DNA of 64,000 nucleotides from positions 4,672,001 through 4,736,000 of the forward strand of contig OZ242029.1 of assembly GCA_965205015.1 (NCBI GenBank), written 5' to 3'. The notes under the pieces are model-generated. The model was not told the origin of the DNA and ran no database searches. It worked only from the letters and a program-made list of their open reading frames with translations. Of the stretch, positions 1 to 10,484 are shown in pieces (within the stretch, counting starts at the first letter, position 1; each line of letters starts with the position of its first letter). Made by a program: the position numbers and the translations under genes. The DNA comes from Candidatus Poribacteria bacterium. Its GTDB lineage: Bacteria > Poribacteria > WGA-4E > WGA-3G.

Positions 1-239
1 TCCCACACGAAATGTCACGCACATCAAAACCGTTTTTCAGTAAAAAGAATTTATGCACCACCCTCATTTAATTTATATTATAAACATATCACCCTCCGGG
101 GTGAGGAAAGTGAGTGAAAACCTAATTGAAGCGTCCAAAATCTCTTAGTAGCAACTTGGGTTATTATAGTAAAGCCCGTAATTACGTTTACACCGGATTC
201 AAGAGAGGGCTGAAATATCCAAAATTTCTGCTTAAAATC

Positions 240-265
240 CGGTTCGGTTAGGAAACCGAACCTAC
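240..265. repeat. GTAG-type REP-like palindrome
   Basis: Minus strand reads GTAGGTTCGGTTTCCTAACCGAACCG: GTAG followed by an imperfect hairpin, just 3' of the aminotransferase gene. Confidence 0.55.
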
Positions 266-307
266 CGGCCTGGGGACCGCGGCGGTTTTTTTCCCTTAAA
301 TTGACGC

Positions 308-1588
308 TTATGGTGCATCAAGCACGGCATCTAACTGATCCATTACCTTGTGGAATGCTTCGACGTAACAGGACATCAGCTCGATATCGTTGGGGGGGTT
401 GACATCAAATATATAACAGTGCGAATCTATGAATTCAACGGCTCGCGGATAGTCCTCTGTCTTATATTCAACCGTCGATTGATTACATCGCCACGGACAG
501 CCTGTCCCGTAACCGATCTGGTTCTGGAAAATCTCTTGAGACGGCACTGGCAAGCGTTGCCACTGTCCGGTTGGCACACCTTCAGCACGGAGTGCCGCTT
601 GTACCTTCTCACGTAGGGTTTTGGCAGGAATATCTAATCCCAACGCCGCCGGATCGAAACCGATGACATAGTTGTAATACACGGGTTCACACGCTTCTGG
701 CGTCACCGGGGTTTCAATGCCGTCAATTTCATCGAGACGCTCCGTAAGATAGTGACAATTTCGGATGCGCATGGCGTTGTTCAGGTCAAGCCGTTTGAGT
801 TGGCTACGGATGAACGCTTGACTGAACATATCCCCGCGATACATCCATCCAAGTCCGTAGGCATTGTATTCCTGTTCCTCGCGTTCCCTACCGGGCACGA
901 CGATCTCCCCGAAATACTGTAATAACGCTGCGCGTTCGTAGATTTGCGCATCGTTGGTTGTGAACAAACCGCCTTGACACCCGCTACTCAACGTTTTCGA
1001 GGCTTGCGTGCTGTACCCCGCGGCGTCGCCAAAGGCACCACAAAGCTTGCCATTATAATATGCCCCGTGTGCCTGCGCGACGTCCTCAATGACTTTCAGG
1101 TTATGCTGCTTCGCAATCGCTAAAATCGGATCCATATCGGCGGGCATGCCGTGGATATGCACTGGCAGAATCGCACGCGTTCGCTCGGTGATTTTCGCTT
1201 CGATTGCGTTGGGGTCGATACAGTAAGTGATGGGGTCAATATCAACAAAGACGGGAATAGCGTTGTGATGGAGAACAGCGGCTGCCGTTGCCCAGAAAGT
1301 GAAGGCGGGAACAATGACCTCGTCGCCTGGTTCGATGCCGACACCTGCGACACACAGATGCAACGCAGCCGTCCCACTGTTGACAGGGATGCAATACTCG
1401 ACACCCATGTATTCCGCCCATTCGTTTGCGAGGCCTTCGGATTGGATCCGTTGCTGCTCCGTAATTTTTTCGGAGGCGATAACCTCGGCAATTGCGTCTC
1501 TGTCGGATTGGGTAACCTCTGGCCAGGGTTGAATCAATCCATCAGGGACAGTCCCTTTACCACCATATATAGCGAGTTTTGCTGCCAT
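308..1588 (-). CDS. DegT/DnrJ/EryC1/StrS family PLP-dependent aminotransferase
   Basis: Motifs NSGTAALH, GDEVIVPAFTF, IEDVAQAHGA, and STQASKTL (PLP Lys). Start moved to ATG 1588, which has an AGGAGG SD. Confidence 0.9.
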   Translation of the reverse strand: MAAKLAIYGGKGTVPDGLIQPWPEVTQSDRDAIAEVIASEKITEQQRIQSEGLANEWAEYMGVEYCIPVNSGTAALHLCVAGVGIEPGDEVIVPAFTFWATAAAVLHHNAIPVFVDIDPITYCIDPNAIEAKITERTRAILPVHIHGMPADMDPILAIAKQHNLKVIEDVAQAHGAYYNGKLCGAFGDAAGYSTQASKTLSSGCQGGLFTTNDAQIYERAALLQYFGEIVVPGREREEQEYNAYGLGWMYRGDMFSQAFIRSQLKRLDLNNAMRIRNCHYLTERLDEIDGIETPVTPEACEPVYYNYVIGFDPAALGLDIPAKTLREKVQAALRAEGVPTGQWQRLPVPSQEIFQNQIGYGTGCPWRCNQSTVEYKTEDYPRAVEFIDSHCYIFDVNPPNDIELMSCYVEAFHKVMDQLDAVLDAP

Positions 1589-1790
1589 GAGCGACCTCCT
1601 TCTAAGGTTTTGAAGACAGTATCTTCTTGTGGAAGGGAATTGTGCGCGTAATACTCGCTGGGCATCCAAAAGCTGTAACGCTTTACTCTTTTTTATTTCA
1701 CGAAACCGTGGTAGCAAATACCACCGCTTCCCAGAACAAGAAAGTAGAGATCGGATTCGCCTCTTTGTAACTGCCTATGTTATCCAATAG

Positions 1791-2096
1791 TTAGAGCTCT
1801 GTTAGTCCTGGAACATGTTTATCCTCATAGTTCTTAATAAGCGTGCCAACGAAATGCAGTAAGGGAGCCAAAGGGTGATTTTCCTCCCCTACTATATCAA
1901 GTAAATCGTCTAACCGCGCCGCAAGTTGTTGGTATTCGATTTCTGTCAATAAAACAGGAATATGAATTTCGCTTTGGCTTAGAACGTCAATTAAGTCGCA
2001 TAACGCCTTGACAGACGGTTGCAATTTGCTTTTGCCGTGATGATCGCGCATTTGGATGTCTCTGTGCAAATTCAATGAGGCGATCTTGCCGAACAA
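1791..2096 (-). CDS. Small protein resembling the N-terminal part of HigA-type antitoxins (no HTH)
   Basis: TEIEYQQLAARLDDLLDIVGEENHPLAPLLHFVGTLIKNYEDKH resembles the HigA N-terminal pattern. Start uncertain. Confidence 0.55.
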   Translation of the reverse strand: MFGKIASLNLHRDIQMRDHHGKSKLQPSVKALCDLIDVLSQSEIHIPVLLTEIEYQQLAARLDDLLDIVGEENHPLAPLLHFVGTLIKNYEDKHVPGLTEL

Positions 2097-2145
2097 TTTC
2101 CATTGAAGATTCTTACAACTAACCCCTTTTACACCGCAGTGCTTC

Positions 2146-3642
2146 CTAAGTGAGGTGTTCTATCGCTTTTGGGATCCGCTTTAAAACCTCGTCCTTACCG
2201 AGCAGCACGACAATATCAAAGAGACTCGGACCGAACGATGCCCCCGTCAGTGCGATCCGCAACGCTTGCATCGCTGCGACGCGTTTGATGTCCTTCTCAT
2301 CTGTGTATTTCCAAATTGCCGCTTCAATTGTTTCTATATCAAACGTAGGGATCTCTTCCAAAATCTGTGAAATATTCGTCAGAATCGCTCTCGTCTTTTC
2401 TCTCTTTTCCTCTGAATTTCCCCACCATTTCTTGACGGCTTTCGATTCATACTCGAATGCATCCGTAAAGAAATAGGAGGTCTGCGGGACGATATCCTGA
2501 AGCGTCGTTAGGCGTTCACCCACGGCTTCTACAATGCCTTCCAGCCAGTCGCGATCTCCAATTGAATTATTCAATAAACCTTCTTCTTGCCAGAACGGGA
2601 TGACCGCATCCGTCCGTGCCGCAACATCCAATTGATTAATATAGTGGGAATTGAGCCACTCGAGTTTCTTAATATCAAACACACTGCCACTCTTTCCAAC
2701 CCGTGCGAGATCGAATTTCTCAATGAGTTCATCGACAGAAAAAATTTCCTGTTTATCGTCGTAGGACCAGCCGAGTCGGACAACGAAGTTTAGCATTGCT
2801 TCAGGCAGATACCCCTGCTCACGGTAGCGGTTCACAGCGACGAGATCGCCGTGGTGACGTTTGCTCATCTTCCGACCCTCACTATCCAACACCAACGGAA
2901 TATGCGCAAACTGTGGAACGTTCAAACCGAGGGCATTCGCAATTACAATCTGCTTCGGGGTATTGTTGAGATGCTCTGTTCCCCGAATGACGTGCGTTAT
3001 CTGCATTTCTGCATCGTCGATGATGGAGGTGAGATTGTAGTTCGGCATCCCGTTTGAACGCACAATTACCTCGTCCTCTAAAGTCGCGGGATCAATGTTC
3101 CGGGAGCCGAGGATGAGGTCGTCAACGCGGATCGGGGTGTCAGGTATCTTAATCCGCACGGTCGGCTTTCTACCTTCTGCCACGAAACGCTGGACGGCTT
3201 CTGGGGTTAACTCTCGGTATCTGCCATCGTAGGAACGCGTCTGGTTGTTGGCGCGCGCCTGCTTGCGAATCTCCTCTAATTCTTCTGGTGTGCAATAACA
3301 GTGGTATGCGTTGCCACTCTCAAGCAACTGCGCGACATAACCGTCGTAGATAGATTTCCGTTCGGATTGCACATAAGACCCACAGGGTCCACCCTTATCG
3401 CCACCCTCGTCCCATTCGAGTCCCAACCACTTCATGGCGGTATAGATCTCGTGCATGGACGCATCCGTGGAACGCGCCGTGTCTGTATCGTCGATTCGGA
3501 GGATGAATTTGCCGTTGTGATGCTTGGCGAACAGCCAATTGAATAGCGCCGTTCGTGCACCGCCGATGTGTAAATAGCCGGTGGGTGAGGGTGCCATTCG
3601 GACGCGGACGGTTTCTGGGGCTACGGCTGCTACTTTTTTCAT
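2146..3642 (-). CDS. gltX: Glutamate--tRNA ligase
   Basis: [21 protein letters not shown] and KMSKR motifs. The ATG overlaps the glnS TGA (ATGA at 3639-3642). Confidence 0.95.
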   Translation of the reverse strand: MKKVAAVAPETVRVRMAPSPTGYLHIGGARTALFNWLFAKHHNGKFILRIDDTDTARSTDASMHEIYTAMKWLGLEWDEGGDKGGPCGSYVQSERKSIYDGYVAQLLESGNAYHCYCTPEELEEIRKQARANNQTRSYDGRYRELTPEAVQRFVAEGRKPTVRIKIPDTPIRVDDLILGSRNIDPATLEDEVIVRSNGMPNYNLTSIIDDAEMQITHVIRGTEHLNNTPKQIVIANALGLNVPQFAHIPLVLDSEGRKMSKRHHGDLVAVNRYREQGYLPEAMLNFVVRLGWSYDDKQEIFSVDELIEKFDLARVGKSGSVFDIKKLEWLNSHYINQLDVAARTDAVIPFWQEEGLLNNSIGDRDWLEGIVEAVGERLTTLQDIVPQTSYFFTDAFEYESKAVKKWWGNSEEKREKTRAILTNISQILEEIPTFDIETIEAAIWKYTDEKDIKRVAAMQALRIALTGASFGPSLFDIVVLLGKDEVLKRIPKAIEHLT

Positions 3643-5351
3643 TTCTGTCCCCTTTGTATTTTTGCCCAACTATCCCTTAGGGGCACTGTGCGATTGAATA
3701 CTAATTTCTCTGGTGTTGTCTCTGAATCGAGGCAAAAATAGCCCATCCGGAGGAACTGATACCGGTCTTCCGGTGTCGCCGCAACAAGACTCGGTTCAAC
3801 CTTGCAGTTATTTAGAATTTCTAAGGAATTCGGGTTTAGGAACTGCATCCAGTCTGCGTCATCCGCTGCGCCCTCCGGTTCCCGTTCCGTAAACAGCGAA
3901 TCGTAGAGGCGAACCTCAGCATCAACGGCGTGTTCAGCAGAGACCCAATGCAATGTGCCTCTGACCCGGCGTCCGTCTTCCGACCAACCCCCACGTGTTT
4001 CGGGATCATAGGTGCAGTGAATCTCAACGATTTCACCGTTTTCGTCTTTAACGACCCGTTCACACTGGATATAATAGGCATGTTTAAGCCGCACCTCTCG
4101 TCCGGGAGCCAACCTGAAGAATTTGCGGGGGGGATCCTCCATAAAATCTTCACGTTCGATATAGATTTCCCGCGAAAATGGGATCTGCCGGGTTCCGGCG
4201 TTCTCGTCTTCAGGATTATTTTCCGCGTCGAACATCTCGACCTGTCCCTCTGGGTAATTGTCAATAATAACCTTAACCGGATTGAGAACTGCCATGACCC
4301 GTGGGGCGCGACGGTTCAGATCGTCGCGGATAGAGTATTCGAGTTGTCCCATCTCAATGAGATTATCCGCCTTCGAAACCCCGATGCGGTTGCAAAAATC
4401 TCGGATCGCTTCAGGCGTATACCCGCGGCGGCGCATCCCAGAGAGCGTCGGGAGTCTCGGGTCGTCCCATCCGCTGACGTGTCCCTCCTCAATGAGGACT
4501 TTGAGTTTCCGTTTGCCCAAGACGGTATAAGTGAGATTCAACCGTGCGAATTCAATCTGTCGAGGCTGATAAATCTCCAACGCCTCCAGAAACCAGTCGT
4601 AGAGCGGACGGTGGTCTTCAAACTGGACATCACAGAGTGAGTGCGTCACGCCTTCTATGGAGTCGGATTGTCCGTGTGTGAAATCGTAGGTGGGATAGAT
4701 GCACCAGTCATCGCCCTGACGATGGTGATGGGCGCGAAGGATCCGATACATCACGGGATCGCGCATATTCAGATTCGGGCTTGACATATCAATTTTTGCG
4801 CGGAGCGTTCGGGCACCGTCCGGGAATTCGCCATCCCGCATCCCGCGGAACAGCGTCAGGTTCTCCTCAACGGATCGGTTGCGATAGGGACTGTCCTTCC
4901 CGGGTTGGATCAACGTGCCGCGATAGGTGCGTGTCTCGTCGGGTGTCAAATCGCAGACATACGCCTTGCCTTTCTCTATCAGTTTAACAGCGTATCCGTA
5001 GAGCGTCTCAAAATAGTCGGAAGCGTGATATTCCCGTTCTTTCCAATCGAATCCGAGCCAACGGACATCTCGCTTGATTCCGTCTACGTATTCGCTCTCT
5101 TCTGTGATGGGATTGCTGTCGTCAAAGCGTAAGTTGTAAAGTCCGCCGAAATCTTCGGCAATGCCGAAACTGATACAGATGGCTTTGGCATGCCCGATAT
5201 GGAGGTAGCCACTCGGCTCTGGTGGGAATCGGGTATGCACTCTACCGTCATACCTGTTTGTCTTGAGATCTTCTTCAATCGCTTGGCGAATAAAGTTCGT
5301 ATCGGGGGAATTGTTCGCGTTTTCTTTTAAATGGGGATCTGAATGCTTCAT
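3639..5351 (-). CDS. glnS: Glutamine--tRNA ligase
   Basis: [42 protein letters not shown] and FNRTVPLRD motifs. Confidence 0.95.
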   Translation of the reverse strand: MKHSDPHLKENANNSPDTNFIRQAIEEDLKTNRYDGRVHTRFPPEPSGYLHIGHAKAICISFGIAEDFGGLYNLRFDDSNPITEESEYVDGIKRDVRWLGFDWKEREYHASDYFETLYGYAVKLIEKGKAYVCDLTPDETRTYRGTLIQPGKDSPYRNRSVEENLTLFRGMRDGEFPDGARTLRAKIDMSSPNLNMRDPVMYRILRAHHHRQGDDWCIYPTYDFTHGQSDSIEGVTHSLCDVQFEDHRPLYDWFLEALEIYQPRQIEFARLNLTYTVLGKRKLKVLIEEGHVSGWDDPRLPTLSGMRRRGYTPEAIRDFCNRIGVSKADNLIEMGQLEYSIRDDLNRRAPRVMAVLNPVKVIIDNYPEGQVEMFDAENNPEDENAGTRQIPFSREIYIEREDFMEDPPRKFFRLAPGREVRLKHAYYIQCERVVKDENGEIVEIHCTYDPETRGGWSEDGRRVRGTLHWVSAEHAVDAEVRLYDSLFTEREPEGAADDADWMQFLNPNSLEILNNCKVEPSLVAATPEDRYQFLRMGYFCLDSETTPEKLVFNRTVPLRDSWAKIQRGQK

Positions 5352-5442
5352 ATCTTATACTCATGTCATATATACTGTTGGGCGTGTTACAGCGACTCCC
5401 GCTCTCAAAAAGCAGCAGTCTATAGAGGATGGAACGTCTTCT

Positions 5443-5496
5443 CAAATAATTATACTCTCAAAATACAATCAAATAATTATACTCTCAAAATACAAT
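5443..5496. repeat. Perfect 27-bp tandem duplication
   Basis: CAAATAATTATACTCTCAAAATACAAT at 5443-5469 and 5470-5496. Confidence 0.95.
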
Positions 5497-5504
5497 AAAG
5501 TCAA
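5476..5504 (-). promoter_or_regulatory. Sigma70-like promoter for glnS-gltX
   Basis: Minus strand TTGACT-17 nt-TATAAT. Confidence 0.7.
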
Positions 5505-5643
5505 AATTTTCAGATGTTTCACCCAGCCCATTTATTTTTGCTGCTTGAAAAACACACTACGATCGCGTAAAAAACGGGCAGATGCACGCACGATTCAAAG
5601 CCTTCTATTCACATAATGCACATAACCAGCGAATATGTGAATA

Positions 5644-5659
5644 TGGCATCGTTCTTGCA
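5644..5659 (+). promoter_or_regulatory. Sigma54 (-24/-12) promoter candidate
   Basis: TGGCATCGTTCTTGCA has exact GG-N10-GC spacing. Confidence 0.6.
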
Positions 5660-5668
5660 ACACAAGTT

Positions 5669-5698
5669 AAAAAAAAAAGAACCTTACAGTAAGGTTCT
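5669..5698 (-). terminator. Intrinsic terminator candidate
   Basis: Hairpin AGAACCTTAC-a-GTAAGGTTCT followed by a T10 run on the minus strand. Confidence 0.6.
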
Positions 5699-5753
5699 AA
5701 GGCTGCATCGTTCACCGGAATAGGCAACAAAATTATTCCTTTTTAAATAAAGT

Positions 5754-5780
5754 GTAACCTTTTCGGCAGAACATCCGTTT
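5754..5780 (+). promoter_or_regulatory. ECF sigma-type promoter candidate
   Basis: GTAACC-16 nt-CGTTT matches the AAC/CGT pattern typical of ECF promoters. Confidence 0.4.
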
Positions 5781-5855
5781 AACGATGCGTTAGAATATTA
5801 TTCAATTTTTTTTTAGAGAAATTCATACTAACTACTTTTAGAAAGGGGTAAAGCT

Positions 5856-6065
5856 ATGAAATCCACTGATGTACACAAGAATCATCCATCCTTATACGAA
5901 ACTGCGCTGTGTCTCGCGATAGCGAAAGCGCGTCAAGATGAATTACGCTGGGAACGTTTCATTGATAATTTGTCCCAGATTTGTGACACATTCGCCTGCC
6001 AGATTGCTGCGAAAGGCACTGCCCCTTCTAAGCAATCCAACCCATCACGGCACTCATCAGTTTAG
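5856..6065 (+). CDS. Small hypothetical protein (69 aa)
   Basis: SD-like GAAAGGGG upstream of ATG. The stop codon overlaps the end of the MITE. Confidence 0.5.
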   Translation: MKSTDVHKNHPSLYETALCLAIAKARQDELRWERFIDNLSQICDTFACQIAAKGTAPSKQSNPSRHSSV

Positions 6066-6154
6066 AACTTACGCAATTTCTATGGAAGACCTACGGCCCA
6101 CACGTCGCTGGCGAGGTTTCAAACCTCGCCAGCAAAGGATGCTGCGTGAGTCCT
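6064..6154 (+). mobile_element. 91-bp MITE-like element, copy 1
   Basis: Terminal inverted repeats AGAACTTACGCA...TGCGTGAGTCCT and an internal palindrome GCTGGCGAGGTTT-C-AAACCTCGCCAGC. An inverted copy is at 13108-13198. Confidence 0.8.
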
Positions 6155-6187
6155 GCAGTTTCCGTATAGCAATCGGAACCTTTTTAA

Positions 6188-7432
6188 TTAAACCGACTCT
6201 TGGAGTTTCGGATGGTTCCGAAAGATCTTCACAAGAGAGCGGACTAACTTTTCGGGATCGTGGCGAATCACGTTCATCTGAACGCCGCCTAACCATGTGC
6301 CAAATTCAGTGACAACCATATCTCGAATGAGGTCCGCCTCAACCACCCGGATCCCCTCCGCCTCAAGGTTTTCCTGCTCACGATCATAAGAGACCTGCAC
6401 TTTTGAGGCGTCTGCGACTTGCATTGTTTCAACAGACAAAGACGAAATATCCTTCGCCAAGTTCAGCACGTCCATGAGATGCTGCGTATCTTCATAGAGC
6501 ATCGAAAGTCCTTCCTCGGAAAGTGAGCGAATCCGAGTCAACTGCGAAACCAATTCCTTCCGAACGTACTCCTGCATGATCTCCGTCGGAGCGGGCTGGT
6601 TATTCACCACGACGTAATTGAGCGGAATTTTGGCATGGTCTAAAATAGCGTTAACGTGATCCGTAACGGCATACCCATCGGTTTCACCCGGTTGTGTCAT
6701 AACGTTACAGACGTAGATTTTAATCGCGTCTGAACGTTGGATCGTTTCGACGACACCTTTGATAACCAAATTTGGCATAATACTGGTGTAAAGGCTTCCC
6801 GGACCGATGATAATTATATCGGCGTTAATCAGGGCATCCACAGCCCCTTCATGCGCTTGACATTCATAGATTTCATCGGGGGCATGATGCGTTTTTCCAT
6901 TCTCGCGAGGTTCAAAAAAGACGCGCTTGATCGGTTCACGATTTTCACGCACGGGTATCGTAGATTCGCCTCGAACAATCTCGCCATCCGTGAGTTCTGC
7001 ACACAAAACGGTATAATCCAATGTAACAGGAATAATCTGACCACGTACTGAGAGTAATCTTGATGCCGCCTGAATCGCTTTCGGGAAGTTGCCCTCAAAT
7101 TTTTCCGTCAGTGCGGTTAATAAGAGATTGCCGACTGTATGCCCACCGAGTTCACCATTGCTTGAAAAACGATACTCAAAAAGCCCTGCGAGTTCATCAG
7201 CATCGGATAACGTGAACAGGAGCCTACGGATATCACCCGGTGGGAGCATGTCAAATTCTTCAACGAGGCGCCCTGAACTTCCACCATCATCAGAAACGGT
7301 AACAATTGCCGCCAGACTATCCAAATCAATAAGGTGATTTTGACCTTTCTCCAAATCAGCGTAGTGCTTAATGCCGCTAAGCAAAGCGGATAAACCACTT
7401 CCGCCTCCGATGCAGGCAAGTTTCAAAGCCAT
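6188..7432 (-). CDS. YvcK/GlmR (UPF0052, CofD-related) family protein
   Basis: IGGGSGLS, VTVSDDGGSSG, PPGDIR, GPGSLYTSI, NVMTQPGETDG and RHDP motifs. Confidence 0.9.
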   Translation of the reverse strand: MALKLACIGGGSGLSALLSGIKHYADLEKGQNHLIDLDSLAAIVTVSDDGGSSGRLVEEFDMLPPGDIRRLLFTLSDADELAGLFEYRFSSNGELGGHTVGNLLLTALTEKFEGNFPKAIQAASRLLSVRGQIIPVTLDYTVLCAELTDGEIVRGESTIPVRENREPIKRVFFEPRENGKTHHAPDEIYECQAHEGAVDALINADIIIIGPGSLYTSIMPNLVIKGVVETIQRSDAIKIYVCNVMTQPGETDGYAVTDHVNAILDHAKIPLNYVVVNNQPAPTEIMQEYVRKELVSQLTRIRSLSEEGLSMLYEDTQHLMDVLNLAKDISSLSVETMQVADASKVQVSYDREQENLEAEGIRVVEADLIRDMVVTEFGTWLGGVQMNVIRHDPEKLVRSLVKIFRNHPKLQESV

Positions 7433-7606
7433 AATTTCTCCAAATTTTTTAAACTATTGCCTCTGGTCATCGTTCCACTTCGTTTCACGATGGCTTCTGG
7501 TTAATTTTAGACGATCCGTTAACGACAGTTGACAGCAACTGAAAACCGCCGCGAAATAAATATTCTCCCGACAAAACTTTATGATAAACCCTAGTAAATA
7601 ACGCAG

Positions 7607-9007
7607 TTAATACGAATTTTGTTTCATTAACATCCTTAGGGTTTCAATCGTTTCGTCACACAAATCTTCCGCTGCAGTCAGCGTCGGTGCCTCACTAAAA
7701 ACCCGAATTACAGGCTCCGTACCGGATGGACGGATGTTCACCCACCGGTCCTTCCAGACCCGTTTAACACCGTCTGTGAGTTCGAGCTGCGGTTCCCCTC
7801 CGGCATCCGTTGCTTCTTTATAAAACGCCAAAGTTAGATTCACAAGACGCGTCGCAAGTTCCTGTGACGGAATCTCCAATTTCTTTCGGCACATCTGATA
7901 GCGGGGCATGTTCTCCACAAGCTGCGTTACCGTCGCGCCAGATTCAGCGAGATATTGCGCAATCGCCGCAAGAGAAGCGATGCCATCCGTCGTGTAGTGG
8001 ATATCGGGATAGATAACGCCACCGGTGCCTTCACCGCCGATAGCTGCATTCACGGCGTGCATCTTCTCAACAACCCAACCGACACCGACTTTCGTTCGGT
8101 GGAGCGTGACACCATGATTTGCCGCAATATCATCCAACATCCGACTCGTTGATACCGTAGCAACCACATCGCCCTTCGTCTTACGAAGCATAAAATCAGC
8201 GATAAAGGCGAGCGTCCATTCACCACTCAAGGGAACGCCTTGCTCTGTAACAACGACAAGCCGATCAGCATCCCCATCGTGGGCAAAGCCAATATCAGCA
8301 CCAGACGCAAGAACTGTCTCACAAAGCGCGTCCAATGCCTCAGGTGTAGGTTCGGCAGGACGCCGGAAATGTCCATCGGCGACACAATTCAGTTCAACAA
8401 CCCGACACCCAAGTTTCCGCAAGAGGGACGGACTTATCACGCTGCCGGCACCGTTGCCACAATCAATGACGACCTTCAACGCAGCTTCCCGGATTAAATC
8501 GGGTGCCAGCCAAGGGGCACACAGTATCTGATCGAGGTGATAGCTAACAGCATCTCCATAGGTTTCAAGTGTTCCTTGCTCGTTCCAAGGGGCAAGTGCG
8601 AAATCCTCTGTTTCGTTAATCCGCATCAATTCGTCCCGTTCCGCCTGTGTCAAGAGGCGTCCCGCAGCAGCGGCAAATTCGATACCGTTCCATGCAACAG
8701 GATTATGGCTGGCTGTAACGGTGATACTCCCTTGTGCACCCAGCGCTTTCGCCATTAGGAGTATCGTCGGTGTCGGACAAAGCCCTACATCAATGACGTG
8801 ACATCCTGTGGCGAACAGCCCAGCAAGGACGGCATGTCGCACTGTTGGGCTGGAAGTTCGGGAATCTCTGCCAATAACCACCGTTCTACCACCGACAAAA
8901 GTTCCGAACGCCATGGCAAATTGCGTAATGACGCGAACATCGAGCGAAACGCCGACCTCACCACGAACCCCTGAAACACTCACAATTGGTTTTTCTGCTC
9001 TGTCCAT
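7607..9007 (-). CDS. Phosphoglucosamine mutase / phosphomannomutase family
   Basis: SGVRG, TASHNP (catalytic Ser), DGDADR, GGEGTGG and RPSGTEP motifs. Confidence 0.9.
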   Translation of the reverse strand: MDRAEKPIVSVSGVRGEVGVSLDVRVITQFAMAFGTFVGGRTVVIGRDSRTSSPTVRHAVLAGLFATGCHVIDVGLCPTPTILLMAKALGAQGSITVTASHNPVAWNGIEFAAAAGRLLTQAERDELMRINETEDFALAPWNEQGTLETYGDAVSYHLDQILCAPWLAPDLIREAALKVVIDCGNGAGSVISPSLLRKLGCRVVELNCVADGHFRRPAEPTPEALDALCETVLASGADIGFAHDGDADRLVVVTEQGVPLSGEWTLAFIADFMLRKTKGDVVATVSTSRMLDDIAANHGVTLHRTKVGVGWVVEKMHAVNAAIGGEGTGGVIYPDIHYTTDGIASLAAIAQYLAESGATVTQLVENMPRYQMCRKKLEIPSQELATRLVNLTLAFYKEATDAGGEPQLELTDGVKRVWKDRWVNIRPSGTEPVIRVFSEAPTLTAAEDLCDETIETLRMLMKQNSY

Positions 9008-9026
9008 GCCGTCCTCTCTGTAGTCG

Positions 9027-9803
9027 TTATGCAACATCTCTCCGAGATATGCTTATCCGCCATGCGCCCAAAAAACAGCAACCCCCGATCACCATCTGCC
9101 ATATACCGACGAGATACCACGGGTTTGGATACCTATAATCGTATGAAGTAACGGGTGTTAGTTCGTAAAGCACAGGTTTTCTAAAGATGTCCAACCCCTC
9201 AAAGATACAGCACACAACGATAAGTGGGTTCAGGTGTAAGACTGGTGGAATAAAAGGTTGAAGATTGTTCACATAACGCTCCAAAGGCTTGATTAGAAAC
9301 GCGCCCCCAATCAAAACACACCATAACAGGGTGGCAAACTCTGCGCTGAAGAGGACATCTCGAAAGACCTGAGTCCCCCATACCCCGACCGCCGCTGCCG
9401 AAAAACTATAAATCGCCAGTATAACGAACATCTGGAACGCCTGCGTGAAGGGTATGCGAGTAACGAACAGAGCCGCCCCTGTCAATAAAAACACCCAACA
9501 CAACATCGGTATCTGACTTACCAGAAGAAGCCTTAACAATCTTTGTCCAGAAGATATAGGACTCAGGGCATACTGTGCGTCAAAGCTTGTATTATGAACA
9601 GTCCGGGCGGCAAGATAGGGCGCAACGAAAAGCACTACGAACACCTGCGCCATAAAAAAACACTCTATCGGTAGACCGAGTTTTGCCTGCATCAACACCT
9701 TATAGATAATCCAGAGCAAAAAACTCGAGATGACAAACCAAGTGATAAGTGTTCGCAGGAAGTGGTTTCGATCGCTCAGCGTCGTATCCATACACTGATT
9801 CAT
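9027..9803 (-). CDS. Multi-pass membrane protein (ABC-2 permease-like)
   Basis: About six hydrophobic segments; overlaps the upstream TPR gene stop (ATGA). Confidence 0.6.
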   Translation of the reverse strand: MNQCMDTTLSDRNHFLRTLITWFVISSFLLWIIYKVLMQAKLGLPIECFFMAQVFVVLFVAPYLAARTVHNTSFDAQYALSPISSGQRLLRLLLVSQIPMLCWVFLLTGAALFVTRIPFTQAFQMFVILAIYSFSAAAVGVWGTQVFRDVLFSAEFATLLWCVLIGGAFLIKPLERYVNNLQPFIPPVLHLNPLIVVCCIFEGLDIFRKPVLYELTPVTSYDYRYPNPWYLVGIWQMVIGGCCFLGAWRISISRRDVA

Positions 9804-10453
9804 TCACTTTGTGCCTGGTTCCGAAGCCGTAAGACTGCTTCGGCGATAGAGATGAGGTTCGGATTAATAACTAACGCTTGCTTATATGCCTCCAGTGCCT
9901 CGTCAATCTTACCGAGCCTGACATAAACGTGTCCCATTCCAGCAAACGCCCCAAAGTGATTCGGGTTCAGCGAGATCGTCCGTTTGCAATCACGAATCGC
10001 CTGACTCCATTCTTCAAGCATGAAATAAGCGATTGCGCGTTGGTTATATCCCTCGGCAAAATTCGGAGCCGTCTCAATTACAGCAGTGAAACATTCAACG
10101 GCTTGCTGATACGCCTCATTTTTGAGTAAGTTTTTACCATCCGCAAGCATCGCGTCAACAGCGTCATCACCAGAATGAGACCAGATTTCCCACAACGCGT
10201 ATTCCGCATTGAAGCGGGTCATACGGTCATTATTTTTCAGAGCGTCTACCAACGCAGGAATCGCATTTGAACTGCCGATTAACCGAAGTGCGAATCCCGC
10301 AGCACGTCCGACTAATGGTTCTTTGCTGTGAAGATAGCCGATCAGATCGGTCTCTGAATAGGTATCACTCAGAAGTCGTTTGAGTCTTTCAGCGTCCCCT
10401 GAATTCTTGAATATCAGTTTCGCTAATTCGGTAGATCCGTTGTTCATCAGCAT
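9800..10453 (-). CDS. HEAT-repeat plus tetratricopeptide repeat protein
   Basis: HEAT-like AIPALVDALKN; TPRs PNFAEGYNQRA and PNHFGAFAGMG. Confidence 0.8.
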   Translation of the reverse strand: MLMNNGSTELAKLIFKNSGDAERLKRLLSDTYSETDLIGYLHSKEPLVGRAAGFALRLIGSSNAIPALVDALKNNDRMTRFNAEYALWEIWSHSGDDAVDAMLADGKNLLKNEAYQQAVECFTAVIETAPNFAEGYNQRAIAYFMLEEWSQAIRDCKRTISLNPNHFGAFAGMGHVYVRLGKIDEALEAYKQALVINPNLISIAEAVLRLRNQAQSE

Positions 10454-10484
10454 GGTCAGCTCTCTCTATGCCACCCACACGGAA

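Noticed and set aside
1-307. Possible RNA gene or ORF at the window start
   Set aside because: Looks like a mosaic of short palindromic repeat fragments; no tRNA or ncRNA fold is supportable.
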